NCBI RefSeq assembly: GCF_000143415.4
Contig: NW_003314299.1
Span: 1,038,063 to 1,102,062 of the forward strand
Length of the DNA: 64,000 bases
Direction: 5' to 3'
DNA from: Selaginella moellendorffii
Lineage: Eukaryota > Plantae > Lycopodiophyta
Shown: piece by piece, positions 36,816 through 51,141 of the stretch
How the letters are laid out: each line of letters begins with the position of its first letter
Numbering within the stretch: position 1 is the stretch's first letter
Made by a program: the position numbers and the translations under genes
The notes under the pieces: model-generated
What the model was told of the DNA's origin: nothing
The model's database searches: none
Seen by the model: only the letters and a program-made list of their open reading frames with translations

Positions 36816-39800
36816 CTGAGATAGTGGACTGAGCAGTTGCAAGAGTATTGTCTATCGAGCTTGTAGGGATCCATGATAAAGTACATGGATCTGTGAGGGT
36901 GTCCTAGAAAGGCAAAGTTAGTAGACAAGAGCAAACAGCATGATGGATATGAGGTCCAAATAAAGGACATTGAATCTTCTCAGTAAGGAAAAATGCCACA
37001 TTTTAGGACTTGTAAGATCTAAGTTGTTCAAGTGGTTTGGCTAGAGGAGATTGTGCCATGAGTGTGGAGGCTGATGTCTCTAAGTTTCCCAGAGTCGCTT
37101 GATCACTGAAAGTCATGGCCACGATTACTGGAATGCTAGAAGTGTTTTCATGTTCATCATGGTATGAGTGAGCAGATTTGTGTTCTTCACAAGAAAGACC
37201 CATTGTTAAAACCATAGGTCTTGAAAAAGTGCACTTAAGTGTGTTATGTAAAACCACTGGGGGAAAATTTGCATCCAAGCTTGCTTGCAGCTACCTTGCT
37301 GGTATAGTTGGGATATCCCAGTGAGCTGTAGGGGTGTGATTCTCAAGTAGAGAGGCCAAACCTAGCACTTGCATACCCCATGGTGATGTGAAGGGTTGAG
37401 GAGGTAAGCAATGTTGAGCTTGGATGGGCCTTGCTGTCATCTGTGGGTTTTGGTACTGATTAGTTTACAGTTGACCCAAAAAACTCATGGATGGTGCTGA
37501 CGCTACATACCTCTATTTCTGGCAGTGATGGATCATTGAGGAGCTTGGGGAAGACAATTGCCAACTCAACTGGAAAAGCTAAACATGTTGGAGTCTTGGA
37601 AGAAGTCAGGGTAGGAGTAGGTGTCAGAGTGGGAGTAGGAGTCGGAGTAAGAGCTGGAGTTGTCTTGTGCAAGGAGCGGCCATGAGCATTTGGCAGTTTG
37701 GATGTGGTCACTAATTTGCATCATTCCTTGCTTCTACTATGTCTCAGCATCTACTTGGAGGTGCCATGTGCATCCCAAGATGATAAGATTGGTGAGGGAG
37801 TGGGAGTTCACATCCTGGAAGTCCACCACCACAAAATCCACCAACAATGAGATCCCTTGGACTAATATTGGCACTTGGCGGCATATGCCCGTAGAGATCA
37901 TTGTATGACTTGCAAATGTTTTGAGGATGACGGTGGTGTTATCTTAGATTTGTAATCTAGTAGACTTTGCCAATGCTAAGGAGAGGAAATTGCTCTCTAA
38001 TCCTAAATCCAAGAATGCTTTTGCTGTGACAGTATCTCTTGGAGTGACTAATGCCATAAAAGCTCCCAGATCTTGTATTGTTGTGGTATTTATGATGTGG
38101 ATCTCCTCTCCAGCATGAAGAAGAGGTTGATTGGAATGTGCAAGAGCTTCTAGTTACTGTCCAAATCTTGGGACTGATTGCAAAAGTTATTTGAGTGAAA
38201 GGGTGACTGAGCTATACAATAACCATTGCATGACATCTGTCAGAAGAGCTGAAGATGCGGTAGGAGTTATGGAAGATGTACCAGCCAAGCCTAGAGAAGA
38301 TGAGTTGTCAAGCTGAGAAAGTCCAACATCAACCAAAGGGGATCTAGCAAATGCTGACTCAAAGGGTAACTTGTATGTAATGGTTAAACCTAGTACTTGT
38401 TGAACAATTGAGTCTTGCTCACCATTGATGTCCCGGGCTGTTGGCTGACATTTCTTCTGAGCTCAAGTCACAGCTGTAAGGGTCTCATCATTGATAGTAT
38501 TGATGTGGAGAGCCAATTCCTTTCCCTTGCTCATCGATGGGGTGGCTTTAATTGCGTGTTGTTGGAATTGCTGTTGATATCTATCTAGAGGTGGTAGAAG
38601 TGCAAAGTGATCAGCAAGGGGATGCTTCTGGACATGTTGGCTTCTGGGAGGTTAAAGCTATGGATGGAGGTGATAACACCGTTCTATTGAGTGTGTACTA
38701 GCCTCGTAATGGGTGCACCAACGACGGGGTCGTCTTGATGTTGTCTCTATTTGTTGAAGTCTCAACACCTTAAGTTCCTTGAGAATGGCAGTCTGTTGCT
38801 GCTGGTGTTGCAAGAGAGCTTGCTATTGACACTTAAGGAGGTTTTTGTACTGGTGAAATTCTGCAATGGCATGGTGGCAATCTCTCTTCCGTGACTCTAG
38901 GTGTAGGTTGGTGAGAAACTGCTATGATTGGATGCTTGAGGAGGTGGCTAGATGGAGGCTTGGCAACCTAGGAGACACCTAGAGTGAGGCAAAACTCCTT
39001 CTCAACCTCCTCAGCATGCTCAAAAGCTAGACGACACTCGGTATGCTTATGCTTGAGAAGTTTGCATTGGATGAGTAGCTTCAGCCCTTAGACAAAGGTG
39101 GCAACCACAATTATCTCTGTGAGGTCTGGGATCTAAGTGAGGCATAACTTCCAATATTACTTAAACCACCAAATATATTTAACGACAGACTCATTTGGTG
39201 CTTGCCTGAAAGAAAAGAGTTCAGTGTGAAGTTGTTGGAGATCTTTCTCCTGTCCAAATGTCTTGAGGAAGAGCCTCTTTACCTCTGTGTATTGTTCCCG
39301 CTCTATATCCAAGAGTGACTTTGCCTAAACCGAACTTATCCATGCATCGATCAAAGAAAGTTGTTGCACTTGCTTGCATCCACCATGATTCCATTTGAGT
39401 TGCAAAAGACCTCAAACTCTTATGACTTTGTGCTAATGAAGCTCCATGTGTGAAGAGAGGTAAATTCACACCCACTATAAGATATGGACTAGATTAGCCA
39501 TTTCTACTGGTTGCTGCAAATCCCCAGACAGGGTCCATTGAATCCTTGTCCGAGATGAATTGATGGAAATCAAACTCTCACCTTAAACATAAAAACTTGC
39601 CTTTAAGAGTGGAGACTAGTGCCTTCCAAATTGATCCTCCAAATGATTATGACGTGTTGTCACCGGCATAAAATGTTCAAATCACTACAAATGCCCAAAC
39701 ATAGTAAATGCTACGAAGTGATGCACTCAATTTAGCAAGTTAAATCATCCCCAAATGTCCTAAGCAAAGCTCATAATAAAAAAAATGGTCATGAACATTG

Positions 39801-41900
39801 CAAACTTTTAACTAAAACTCCAAGAGGCATGAAAATGTTGAGGTATCTTGTAAAGAAATAACTATTGTGCTTTTCTACTAAGAACTCTTACTGTGGTGGA
39901 TGGAATCGCCTAGAAAGTGGCTTGACATCAGCCTAAGAAGCCAAGTCATCCTCCTTATACAAAAGATTTGCAAAAATTAAGTGCAAGATGGGAGACAAAC
40001 TCTCAAAAATAATGATCACACTTAAACAAGGATAAAAGCTAGTGAAGAATAACTCTAGCACAGCCAAAAGGGAAATTGATTGCAATGCTCTTGATTTATG
40101 TGGTGTGTGGTGAGCTAAAAACAGCATGACATGCACTATGGGAATGTGACATGGTAAGAGAGGTATAGCAATAGATCTTCAAAGCAACATAGGAATTAAG
40201 AGGCATTCTAAAGTTCAAGGCTTAGGAATTAGGACATATTCCGGAGTTTGAGGCTCAAAGTGGGGATATCCTCCACTAGTTTGAGGGAGCTAGAGGTCCA
40301 GCCATTGGTCAAGCTTGGAGACGTATTTGCTATTGCGGATGACACAGATGGAACATGCAAGTTCAGTGGGATATGATAGGGGCTGAAGTCGGGACATCAA
40401 TCTGGGAGGCAATGGGCTACGAGTGCTAGTCCATTTGGAGAGCAACAAAAGTGCAAGCACTTTGGGAAGCATGGAACCATTGTCACTTCAATGGGCAACA
40501 AGTGAGGATATCGGCAGTGGTGGCATTGTGGTGGAGACTCACTTTTGCAATAGTGTGTCTTCATTATGCCATCTTGAAAGAGTGGGCAAAACTGAGGTAG
40601 CTAGAAGAGTGGAGGTCTAGGTGGCTTCCATGCTTCGGCAAAATGGTAGGTGGCGAGATTTGTTGGTAGTGGTGCCTCCCGAACTCTATTCTACGTTCGG
40701 CTTGAGGGGGAGATTTGGACATTGACACAATTCAAGTGAGATGACCACGTCCACTTTTACTCTAGGACTAGGTCTAGTTGCAACACAAGAGGATCCCGTA
40801 GAATAGCTCATAGAGAGGGCGGTATGCCCAATTTTTGTATTAATCCCATTGGGACATAGGGAATGTACATACACATTTACCGATTTATATGAGTGGTGCT
40901 CTATTTAAGCATGTAGCTCATTGATCCTTGCTCCTTCCTAGGGGTTTAAGCCTTCCCTTTGGGGGAGTAGGGGTACCCATACTGGGCCGTTATGCCATGA
41001 TGTTTCCTCTCGGGGTCCTGAAATAAAAGATACACCCAAGGCTTAGGGATTAAAAGGTCCCATCATCAAGTTTTATTATACTATTGCAGCCATAGGCATC
41101 TTGAGAGAGAGGGAAAGACTACTCTTACTCTTACTCTTACTCTTATTCTTGCTCCTACTACTACTGCTCCCACTCCTACTCCCCAGTTGCAGCCATGGGC
41201 ATCTTAACAGAGAGAGAGAATATTTTAATTCTTAGAATATTCCAAATGGTTGTATAGAAACCCCATGAGGGCGGGTTTTCCACTTTGTGTCTTGAACTAG
41301 AGCCATAGAGAGGAGGATTGAGGTACATAGTGAACCTAGTATGACATCCACCTTCTTCTTTTTTGGAGCATTTCTTGATTGATGGAGATAAAAACTAGGT
41401 ATATAAATAACAAAACTTACATACATATTAGTTCTATAATATTAAAATTGTTTTAGTATACACAACTCATATAGAGCATAGTTTTATATACATATATAAG
41501 TAAAATAGTATAAGAAAATACTCATTTACTTAGATATATAGGTAATATTAGTCAATAGTTTTCCTTTAAGAAACAATAATTTAGGGAAGGAAGTACTGCT
41601 ATTGTATCTTTAAAAGATCCACAAAATCTTAGTTTATATTTAATAGAATTTTATTTAAAATAATTTTAATATTATTTTCATAAATTTATCTAATAATATT
41701 TATTATAATAAATAGTATTTTTTACAATAAAATAAATTTTTAAGCTTTAGGAAAATGTTAAATAAATAAATAAATAAATAGTATTAAATTCATCACTAGA
41801 ATATAGCAATCAGTCTTCATATGATGTATAGTATTATAAATATTTATTTACAAATATTTAGATAATTTTATTGTTTTATAAAACACACACACACAGATAT

Positions 41901-42034
41901 NNNNNNNNNNNNNNNNNNNNNNNNNNNNNNNNNNNNNNNNNNNNNNNNNNNNNNNNNNNNNNNNNNNNNNNNNNNNNNNNNNNNNNNNNNNNNNNNNNNN
42001 NNNNNNNNNNNNNNNNNNNNNNNNNNNNNNNNNN
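41901..42034. other. Assembly gap
   Basis: Run of N flanked by (CA)/(AT) repeats. Confidence 0.99.
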
Positions 42035-42769
42035 ATATATACACACAGACATTCTCTTATGTATGTATATATATAAAATTTCATTAGAAGAAGTCTAATA
42101 GGTAATTTCTATTTTTCTCTAGATATTACATCAATTTTGTAAATAAGTGAATATTATTGAACAGAAAGAATAATCACTCCTTGCCATTAAGGTTTTATTA
42201 TTTTCAGTTTTAAATATGAGGTTTTATTAGTTTTTGAAATAGAGGGAAAATACTACAAACCCAAATTTCTTTAAATTGTAGTTACACCACAAGCACATGC
42301 ACAGATTAAAGATATGATGAGAACCAACTAATACCAATAAACTCCACAAAGGTCTCTACGAAGGTGGTGAGGTTTGAGCATATAAATATATCTAAACACT
42401 ATTAGGAAGGAAAGTAAAAATGTTCTTTATACTTATTTATAATATTTACTTTGTACCTCAAATTTTTATTAATTCTGTAGACACTAATTATAAATTAGTG
42501 ACACAGAAATGTTATCAACTGTTATTTGTAAAGAAAAAGTTTTTTCTTAGAAAAATATTACTATTAAAAATACCTTTTCTTATCAAACCTGGAATTATGG
42601 AAACAAATTCCTCTTGAAATTTCTTCATTAAACAATTACTACTTATATATATTTGCTTTTGCTGTACAACATTTTAATATGTTATCTCCAAATAGTATAA
42701 TAGAACACTTCTGCAATTCTTCATTTGTCATTAGGGTTATGCAACACACCGTAGCTTAGATTTTTACTT

Positions 42770-43255
42770 AGCCATGGCTTAGATCCTCTTTGCAGTGCCA
42801 TACAATGGCCACACCCAGCTCAATTCAGCTCCAACACCACAGCAAGGAGCTTTAGGACGGCCAGCTCCAGCACAGCCATGGCCAACTCGGTCATGGCTGC
42901 TCAGCTCCAGCTCTCAACCACGGCTTCCCAGCTCCAACTCCAGCACAACACAGCTCTGCCATGGCCGCCCAGCTCCAGCTCTCAACCATGGCTTTGCAGC
43001 TCCAACTCTAGCACAGCCATGGCTGCCCAGTTCCAGTGAAATACATGCCCGGGGATTTCTGGATGAGACCCAGATCTGGAGTGCGGCCAACCACACCAGT
43101 ATTCCAATCCAGGTATGGCGTTCTCTGAAATCTGTGTGTTTCTATGGTGCTGTTCATTTCTAGAGCCTACATTTATGTTCTTGAGAAATTTTCTAGGCAA
43201 TGTGTGTCTTGACTAAGGTGGAGTTCTTTAGCTCCAGCTCTTCCCAGCTCCTGGG
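42770..43255. repeat. Low-complexity array of CCAGCTCC / GCCATGGC motifs
   Basis: Recurrent short motifs; similar sequence resumes at ~53180-53270 beyond the inserted element. Confidence 0.6.
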
Positions 43256-45653
43256 GACAATGCAGCAGATTTGCCTAGGGTTTAACATAAACCATAGGAA
43301 TATTCCAAGAATATTCTATAGCCTGTGGGATTTAAGGCTGTAATGCATTAAGGGTTGGGAGATTGGATTAGGGTTCGCTCTCTTGTTTGTTTCATTAGTA
43401 TCGAAGTAGCATGTTCTTTTGGGGATGGCAAATGAGTGAGATATTAATCCTGATGAAGAGTATGGCATTAATGATGATGGCCATAACAATGAGGAAGAAA
43501 CTCTTGATGATGTCGTTGTGTGGCGAGGATGCCAGATTTCTAAGGTTTAGAGTGACATTAAGGAGGTTATAGATTATGTCAATCTCATTAATGATTTCTT
43601 ACTTCGCATGGACCCTCAAGGGTTGAATTAATATCATATTCGTGATTACCATTGGTATGTCAAACATGCCAAAGATTATGGTATCGTGGAATGGAAGTCA
43701 TCAACTTTTGAAGCAGTGTTGTATCTTTGCTCCTATATTGAAGATTTTTTGATCCTGAGAAGCCTCTTGTAGTCAAAACAGATGCAAGTGACATTGCTAT
43801 TGGGGCCATCTTGCTTCAAGTTGGGCATCCTCTTGTGTACATGAGCCATAAGTTTGATCCCACATAGCAAAATTGGCCTACTTGAGATAAGGAGTTATAT
43901 GTTATGATTGCTACTGTGAAGGAATGGTGACATTATCTGTATAGATCAGACTTCCATGTGGATTCAAACCATTAGTCTCTCTAGTATTTTAGTCAACAAA
44001 TGGATCTTCAAGGCCGCCTTGCTCATTGGCAAGAGTTCCTATAGAAAATGTTTGTTAAGATCCGGTACAAGTATGGAGGTACAATAAGGTGGTTGATGCA
44101 TTATCTAAGATGGTAAATTCTATCTCGTTCATGAAGATATCCAGCAATTTCTTGGATGAGCTTAAAGAGTTTGTTGACTTCGACTCTTTTATCACTGATA
44201 TTCACACGAAGGTTTTGTTGAGGGATGCCTTTACAAATTTGAAAGGTGAAAAATTTGCATCATTCGAGATACAAGATGGAATCCTAGTGAAGAAGGGACA
44301 TGTGGTGGTTCCTCATATTGATAAACTCATCAAATGGATTTTGGTTGAGTGTTATGATGTGCCAAGTGCTGGGCATTTAGGGGTATTGAGAATGTATATG
44401 TTGGTGAAGAAGTATTTCTTTTGGCCTGGGATGAAGTCAGATGTTGAAAAATACATACGTAGTTGTTTGACCTGCTAAGCAGTCAAAGTTGATCATCAAA
44501 AGCTCAGTGGCCTCTATCATCCTTTATGTGTACACGAGAATAAGTGGGATAGCATCTCGATGGACTTTATCATTAGTTTGCCCAAAACCTTTTGAGAAAA
44601 TGATGTTATTTGGGTTGTTGTGGATTATTTAACGAATATGGCTCACTTCTTCCTTGTGAAGATAACGATAAAAGCTTTTGAATTTGCTTAATTATTTGTA
44701 GACCAGTTATTCAATCTCTTTAGTTTGCCGGATGACATTATGAGTGATTGGGATTCCAAGTTCACATCCAAGTTTTAGCAAATGGTCTTTGAGAAGCTAG
44801 AGACTAAGTTGAACATGAGTAGTGGTGAGCATTCATAATTAGATGGGTAGACAGAGCGTATGAATTAATTATTAAAAAATATGTTAAGGTCTTTTGTGAG
44901 AAACTTGACTTGACAAGGAGTATGGGAAAAGTACTTACCTTTGCTTCAATTTGCTCACAATAGTGCTTATCAATTAGCTATTGGCATGTTTCCCTTTATG
45001 GTGATATATGGCTATGAGGTTAGGTCTCTCATGAGTTTGAGTTTGGCTTTAGTTCAGGTATCTTATGCTTAAAATTTCCTGGAGGATCTATAAGACAAGT
45101 TTGAGTTGGCAAAGTTGAACATAAGCAAGCTTAAGATCGAAGCAAAAGATTTGTTAATGGACATTGTTGTCATCAAAAGTATAAAGTTGGTAACAAGGTT
45201 TTCTTTAAGTTGTTAGATGCACAACGGTCTCTAAAAGGAGGTAGTGCTAAGTTGTCTCCATGGTATTATGGGCCTTCGACAATTAGCATGTAGGTCTTAT
45301 ATATACTTTGGACTTGCTAACTAGTTCGAAGATTCATCCAATGTTCCATGTGAGCAAGATTAAAGCATGTTTGCACTTTGGTGATATCGTGGATTAGTCC
45401 ATTATCCAGGTGTAAAGATTTATGCTAAGAAGCCTAGTCCGGCCAATATTCTTGCTCAAAGATTGGTGAAAACATGCCAGAAGACAACTAAGGAGTTATT
45501 TGTTCAATAGAATGGTTATTCTATGGATAAAATTACATGGGAAACTAAGGATGACATTGTAAGGAACCAACTCGCCGAGGTGTCGTAGGCTAAGGGAACC
45601 CCGAAAGCATGACCAAAATGACAAAGAGTTCATCGGATGGGACCAAGTCAAAG

Positions 45654-45915
45654 ATCGAGTCCAAGACCGACTCTAGGACCGAGTTCGAGATAGAGTCCGG
45701 AATCGAGTCCAAGACCGACTCGGGGACCGAGTTCGAGTCCGAGTTCGAGACCGAGTTCGAGACGGAGTCCGAGATCCGAAATCGGGTCCGAGACCGAGTC
45801 CGAAGTCGAGTCCGAGGTCGGGCCCGAGATCGGGTCCGAGATCGAGTCCGCGATCGAGTCCGAGACCGAATCCGAAGTCGGATCCGAAATCGGATCCGAG
45901 ATCGAGCCAGAGACT
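45654..45915 (+). repeat. 6-bp-period tandem array (CGAGTC/CGAGAT/CGAGAC variants) inside the LTR; second copy ~51603-51864
   Basis: Directly visible periodic sequence in both LTRs. Confidence 0.9.
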
Positions 45916-46764
45916 AAGTCCAAATACTAATACGGGTCAAGGGGTGAAAGCCCAAAGCGTGTGTCCCCCAGGGGGGGGGGGCTGCAGGGGGTTCCAAAAG
46001 TATAGTAGGGATAGTGAGGTCCAGGAACCAGTTTTGAAGGGACTCTCCAGTTGGGCTTCCAAACCGACTTGAGGTTGGGACTGGGACTAAGGGGCCTTGG
46101 GTGGGAGTGAGCATGGACTTGGCTGGTGCCGGAGGGGCCATCCAAGGAAGTGCTCAAGAGCAGCTCCCACTCCCGAAAGGGAAACCGATTGCGGTGCTCC
46201 CGGCTCATGTGGAGTGGTGCCCCACTTGAGTACCATGCGGCTCATTGGTCCTCGCCCTTCCTAGGGGCTTGGGCCTTCCTTCGGGATGGAAGTGGGGGGC
46301 GAGAGGTACCCATGCCGGGCCGTTAGGCCACGGTGTTTCGCCCCGGCGTCCCGAAGCAAGTGTTGCACTCAAGACTTGGGATTTAGAGGGTCCCATGATC
46401 AAGTCTTGTGGTACCAGGGGATGTTAGGAACCTGGAAGCTTGGTGTGCTTGGCTGCTTGTGCTTGCGGGGAGTGTAGCCGAACCTTAAGTCCAGTCTAAC
46501 CCGGGGAGGGGGATTGGGAGTGATTTGGGAATCCGTGGAAGGATGGCTAACACTCCGTTGCTCGTGCAGTGAGTAGCTGAAACCAAGTAGGAGCTGGTAC
46601 CATAGGCGAGAACCTTGGCAAGGGAACTTAGCAAAAGCCAAGGCAGTGTTGGACGGATAGACGAGGTAAGCTGGCAAATTGGAAAGGAAAAATTTGTGGC
46701 TTACAATTTGGTATCGGAGCCTTTTCCTCAGTTCTAGCGAAGGATAGAGGCGGATTGCTGGGAG

Positions 46765-49700
46765 ATGGCAAGGGCAGGGCGTAAGCGAACCCAGGCGGAG
46801 ACGGAACCTCCGCCAGAGCTGGAGCCTCCGGTCGAACAAGAGGCTATGGATGAGGAATCCTTGCATGAGGAGGACTCCAGTGAGGAAACCTCCAAACAGG
46901 AGTCCGGTGGCGAGGTTCGGTCGTCCAAGGCTCGATTGGACGTACTAGAAGGACAGTTGGCACAGACCAATGCCATGCTGGAAACTCTCGTACGCAAGCT
47001 AAAGCGTGACGAGAGGCGGAAGAAAAAGAAAAAGACTGCGGATGCTGGCAGCGCAGAAGGTGCGGATCTTTCGGCCGGGACTGAGGCAAAACCAGACAAG
47101 GTCGAACAGACCGAAGTGGAATCAGTCCCTCAGGCAGTTCCCAAGTACAAACCAAAGCCCCCACCGGTCTTCAAGGGAGTGAATGACTATAAGGTGGTGG
47201 AGGATTGGTTTTACGATATGGAGGACTACTTCCGAGCGTTGCGGTTACCAAGCTCGGAGAAGGTCCCATGTGCAAAACCATACTTGGCAGATAATGCCAA
47301 GTCTTGGTGGAAAACAACGGAGGCCAACGAAGGACCGGTGGTCACTTGGGACATGATGAAGGCGAGGATCCGCGCAACATATGTTCCTCCGAATGCCACT
47401 CTACATCTGAGGGATGAACTGAGTAGGCTGAAACAGACAGGAACCATCCAGGAATATGTGAATGGGTTCATGGCAAAGAGGATACTTGTCACGGACATGG
47501 GGGATATGGATGCGTTCCATGCCTTCATATCAGGTTTGCAAACCTGGGCTCGCGGCGAGGTGATGAGGTGGAACCCGACCAACTACAAGGAAGCGTTGGA
47601 TGCGGCCATCAAGGTGCATTTCAACGATAACCTGCGAAAGGGGAACACGACGGGGTCGGGATCCACATTTAGCAAAGGGGCCAAACCAAGGGGAACGTAT
47701 AGCAAGGGGAAATTCAAAAGGAGTTTCTCTAAGAATGAGTCCTCGGGGTTCCGGAAAGGCAAATCCGGTGGCCAGCGAGCGAGTACGTGGGGGAGTCAAG
47801 CGAAAAAGGACAAACCCACAGATAAGAAGGTCAAGTCGTATAGCAGCGTGGGAAACAACGTATGCTACAACTGCGGCGAAGCGGGACACTTCTCGAGGGA
47901 ATGTCCCTACCCGAAGAAGGCCAGAGCCAATATGGCCATCAAGTCGGGTGAAGTCCAAACTGAGGTATGTGATCCAGTCCCTAACTCAAAGTTACTCATT
48001 ACACGAGCAACTTTGGTAGAGAGTCGTTCGCGACATCTACTAGCCCTCCGAGGGAAGCTCGGAGGTAGCTTTGTTAAGATCCTTATTGACACGGGTGCTT
48101 CGGATAATTTTGTGGCTGCAGACATAGTCCGGCAAGCCGGACTAACGGTGCAGCGGCTAGGCGAACCAAGGACTATAGAGTTTGTTCAGGGTAGCCAAAG
48201 CACCGATGAGGTACTTCGACAAGCGAGAGTCGAAGTGGGGACATGGAAAGTGGACATGGATTTCACCGTCTTGGATATGGCGGGATTTGACGTGATCTTC
48301 GGAATGGATTGGTTTAATCGGTTCGTGGTAGCGCTGCATGGACAAGGTAGGAACCTTGTGGTATTGGCGAATGCCCAAGGAAGAAGATCTAGGGTGGAGG
48401 CCCAGGATCTAAAGGTAGGGCAAAGCAAGGCCAAAGAGTCATGCTTGAACCTGGTGTCCACGAGAGGACAACTCACTAAAGGAACTAAGGCAGCCTTTTT
48501 GTGCTTACTCTCGGTGAAGAGTGACAAAAAGACAAGAACGGAAGAAGTGCCTTTAGTGATCCAGCGAGTGTTGGACCAATTCCAGGATACCATGCCGGAG
48601 GAGCTACCGGCGGGGTTGCCCCCCGCACGACCGATAGAACATAAGATTGAGCTTGTCGAGGGCGCTGAGGCGGTGGTTCGTCCCCCCTATCGTTTGAACG
48701 AAAAAGAACTCAAGGAGCTCAAGTGCCAACTAGAGGAGTTGGTGGGCAAAGGGTATGTTAGGTTGAGCAAGTCGCCGTATGGGGCGCCGGTATTATTTGT
48801 GAAAAAGAAAGATGGATCTATGCGCATGTGCATAGATTACCGGTTGCTCAACAAGTATACCAAGAAGAACAAGTACCCGTTGCCAAGGATTGAGGACCTG
48901 TTCGATAGGTTGGGAAAGGCAAAATACTTCTCGAGGATTGACCTAAGGTCAGGATACTACCAGATTAGGGTAGCCGAGGAAGATGTCGAGAAGACAACCT
49001 GTCGAACGAGGTATGGGAGCTTTGAGTTTTTGGTGATGCCCTTTGGGCTGTGCAATGCGCCGGCAACGTTTTCGGCGTTGATGAACCACATCTTTGTACC
49101 CTATCTGGATCACTTTGTGGTCGTCTATATTGACGACATCCTGATCTATAGCGAGACGCTAGAGGAGCATGCCGAACACTTGGCGAAGGTGTTTGAGAAA
49201 CTAAGGGAACATAAACTGTATGCTAAAGAGAGCAAATGTGACTTTGCTCAGCAAGAGGTAAAGTTTCTCGGGCATGTGGTGGGCCAGGACGGGCTCAAGG
49301 TGGACCCGGAGAAGGTCCAAGCGATCCAGGAATGGGAGCGACCATCGAATGTACATGAGTTGAGGGCGTTCTTGGGGCTATGCAACTACTATCGAAAGTT
49401 TATCAGACACTATTCGAGAGTAGCCCTGCCCTTAACGGATCAAACGGGAAAAGGGAAGATGGTATGGACAGCAGAATGCGAGGCGGCATTCGTCCACCTC
49501 AAAGGGAAGTTGAGGAAGGCTCCGGTGTTGGCATTACCGGACTTTGGTAAGGACTTTGAGGTAGACACGGATGCTTCGGACTTTGCGTTAGGCGCAGTTT
49601 TGAAGCAAGACAACCATCCAGTAGCGTTCTTCTCGAAGAAGCTGGACAAGGCTCAACGGAAGTGGCCTGCCCACGAGAAGGAATTGTTTGCGGTGGTCAA

Positions 49701-51041
49701 GGCGCTCAAGGAGTGGCGACACTACCTTGGGAGACACTTCAAGGTTTACACGGACAATGTGGCAACGAAACACTTCTTGTCACAACCCGACCTGAGAGGG
49801 AAACAAGGTCGGTGGGCCAATGCCTTGGCCGAGTTTGATTGCGAAATTCTGTACAAGCCTGGGAAGAGCAACATCGTGGCAGATGCGCTAAGTCGAAAAG
49901 CGAGCTTGAGGTTGGCGATCTCCAGCGCAACAGCAACCTTCTGGGACGATGTGCGGACAGCATATGAGAACGATGGTCTAGCACAAGAAGTGTTGTTGAG
50001 GAATCTGGAGGCACGGGAAGCTCACCAGAGAGGTGAGCCGCCAACGGAAGAGAAAACGGGCTATGCGGAACGCAATGGACTCATTTATTACAAACAAACG
50101 AGGGTGTATGTTCCAGAAGGTGGACTAAGGAAGGTAGCCTTAGAAGAGTGTCATGACGGACCTCTTGCGGGACACGGCGGAGTGCCCAAGACGATGGGCT
50201 TACTCAAGAGGAAGTACCATTGGCCAGATATGGCTAAGGACGTCCAAGACTATGTAAAGGCATGTCCAACATGTCAGCAGGTCAAAGCCGTGACTAAGGC
50301 TAGTGGGGGCTTGTTGCAAAGCATCCCAATTCCAGATCGTCCGTGGAAATGTCTCACGATGGACTTCATCACGGGACTACCCCCAAGCGAGGGGTTCGAT
50401 GCGATATTCGTGGTGGTGGACCGATTTTCGAAGATGGCACATTTCATACCCACCACAACGGAGGTGGATGCGGAAGGTGTGGCGAAACTGTTCTTCGAAC
50501 AAGTGGTTCGAGTGCGGGGAAGGCCAGAGGAGATTATCTCAGATCGAGATAAGATCTTCACTAGTAGGTTCTGGAGGACCCTCCTGGAACAGTATCGCAC
50601 CAAGTTGAAATTCAGCACAGCCTATCACCCACAGACAGGTATGGGGTATTAAGTCAAGTTTGGTGGTCCTAACACTTCTTGACAGACGGACAAACGGAAA
50701 GGGTGAATAGGCAGCTGGAGGATTATTTGCGATGCTATGTCTCGGGAGACCAGACCGATTGGGTAAGTCATTTGGGACTTGCGGAAATGTGTTATAACAA
50801 CTCACCACATTCGAGTATCGGGGTGAGTCCATGGGAAGTCATCAATGGGCGAGCTATTGAAGGTCCTGTGGAACTCGGCGTGGCCGAGTATCATGGAGAG
50901 TTACCCGCAGTGGAGGCATTCACGGCGGAAAGACTCAACATTTGGAATCTAGTGAGGGATTCCTTGGAACGGGCTCAACAAAGGCAAACCAAGTACGCGA
51001 ACTTAAAGCGCCGGGACGTAGAGTTCCAAGCTGGGGAGAAG
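46765..51041 (+). CDS. Gag-Pol polyprotein (46765-50638 joined to 50686->51041; runs into the gap)
   Basis: Gag, zinc knuckle [14 protein letters not shown], protease LIDTGAS, RT YIDD, RNase H DTDASD, integrase HHCC and D,D,E. Frame restored by removing 50639-50685. Confidence 0.93.
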
Positions 51042-51141
51042 NNNNNNNNNNNNNNNNNNNNNNNNNNNNNNNNNNNNNNNNNNNNNNNNNNNNNNNNNNN
51101 NNNNNNNNNNNNNNNNNNNNNNNNNNNNNNNNNNNNNNNNN
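51042..51141. other. Assembly gap (100 N) covering the integrase C-terminus
   Basis: Run of N. Confidence 0.99.

Larger units (their letters stand above)
34760..41070. mobile_element. Highly degenerate LTR-retrotransposon relic(s)
   Basis: Gag-like traces on the minus strand at ~38950-39480; 40930-41030 resembles 46260-46350 of the young LTR. Boundaries are uncertain. Confidence 0.4.

Noticed and set aside
45609-45923. RD/RS-rich and SD-rich ORFs (also 51558-51872)
   Set aside because: Translations of the 6-bp tandem array inside the LTRs; not genes, and not a CRISPR array because there are no unique spacers.
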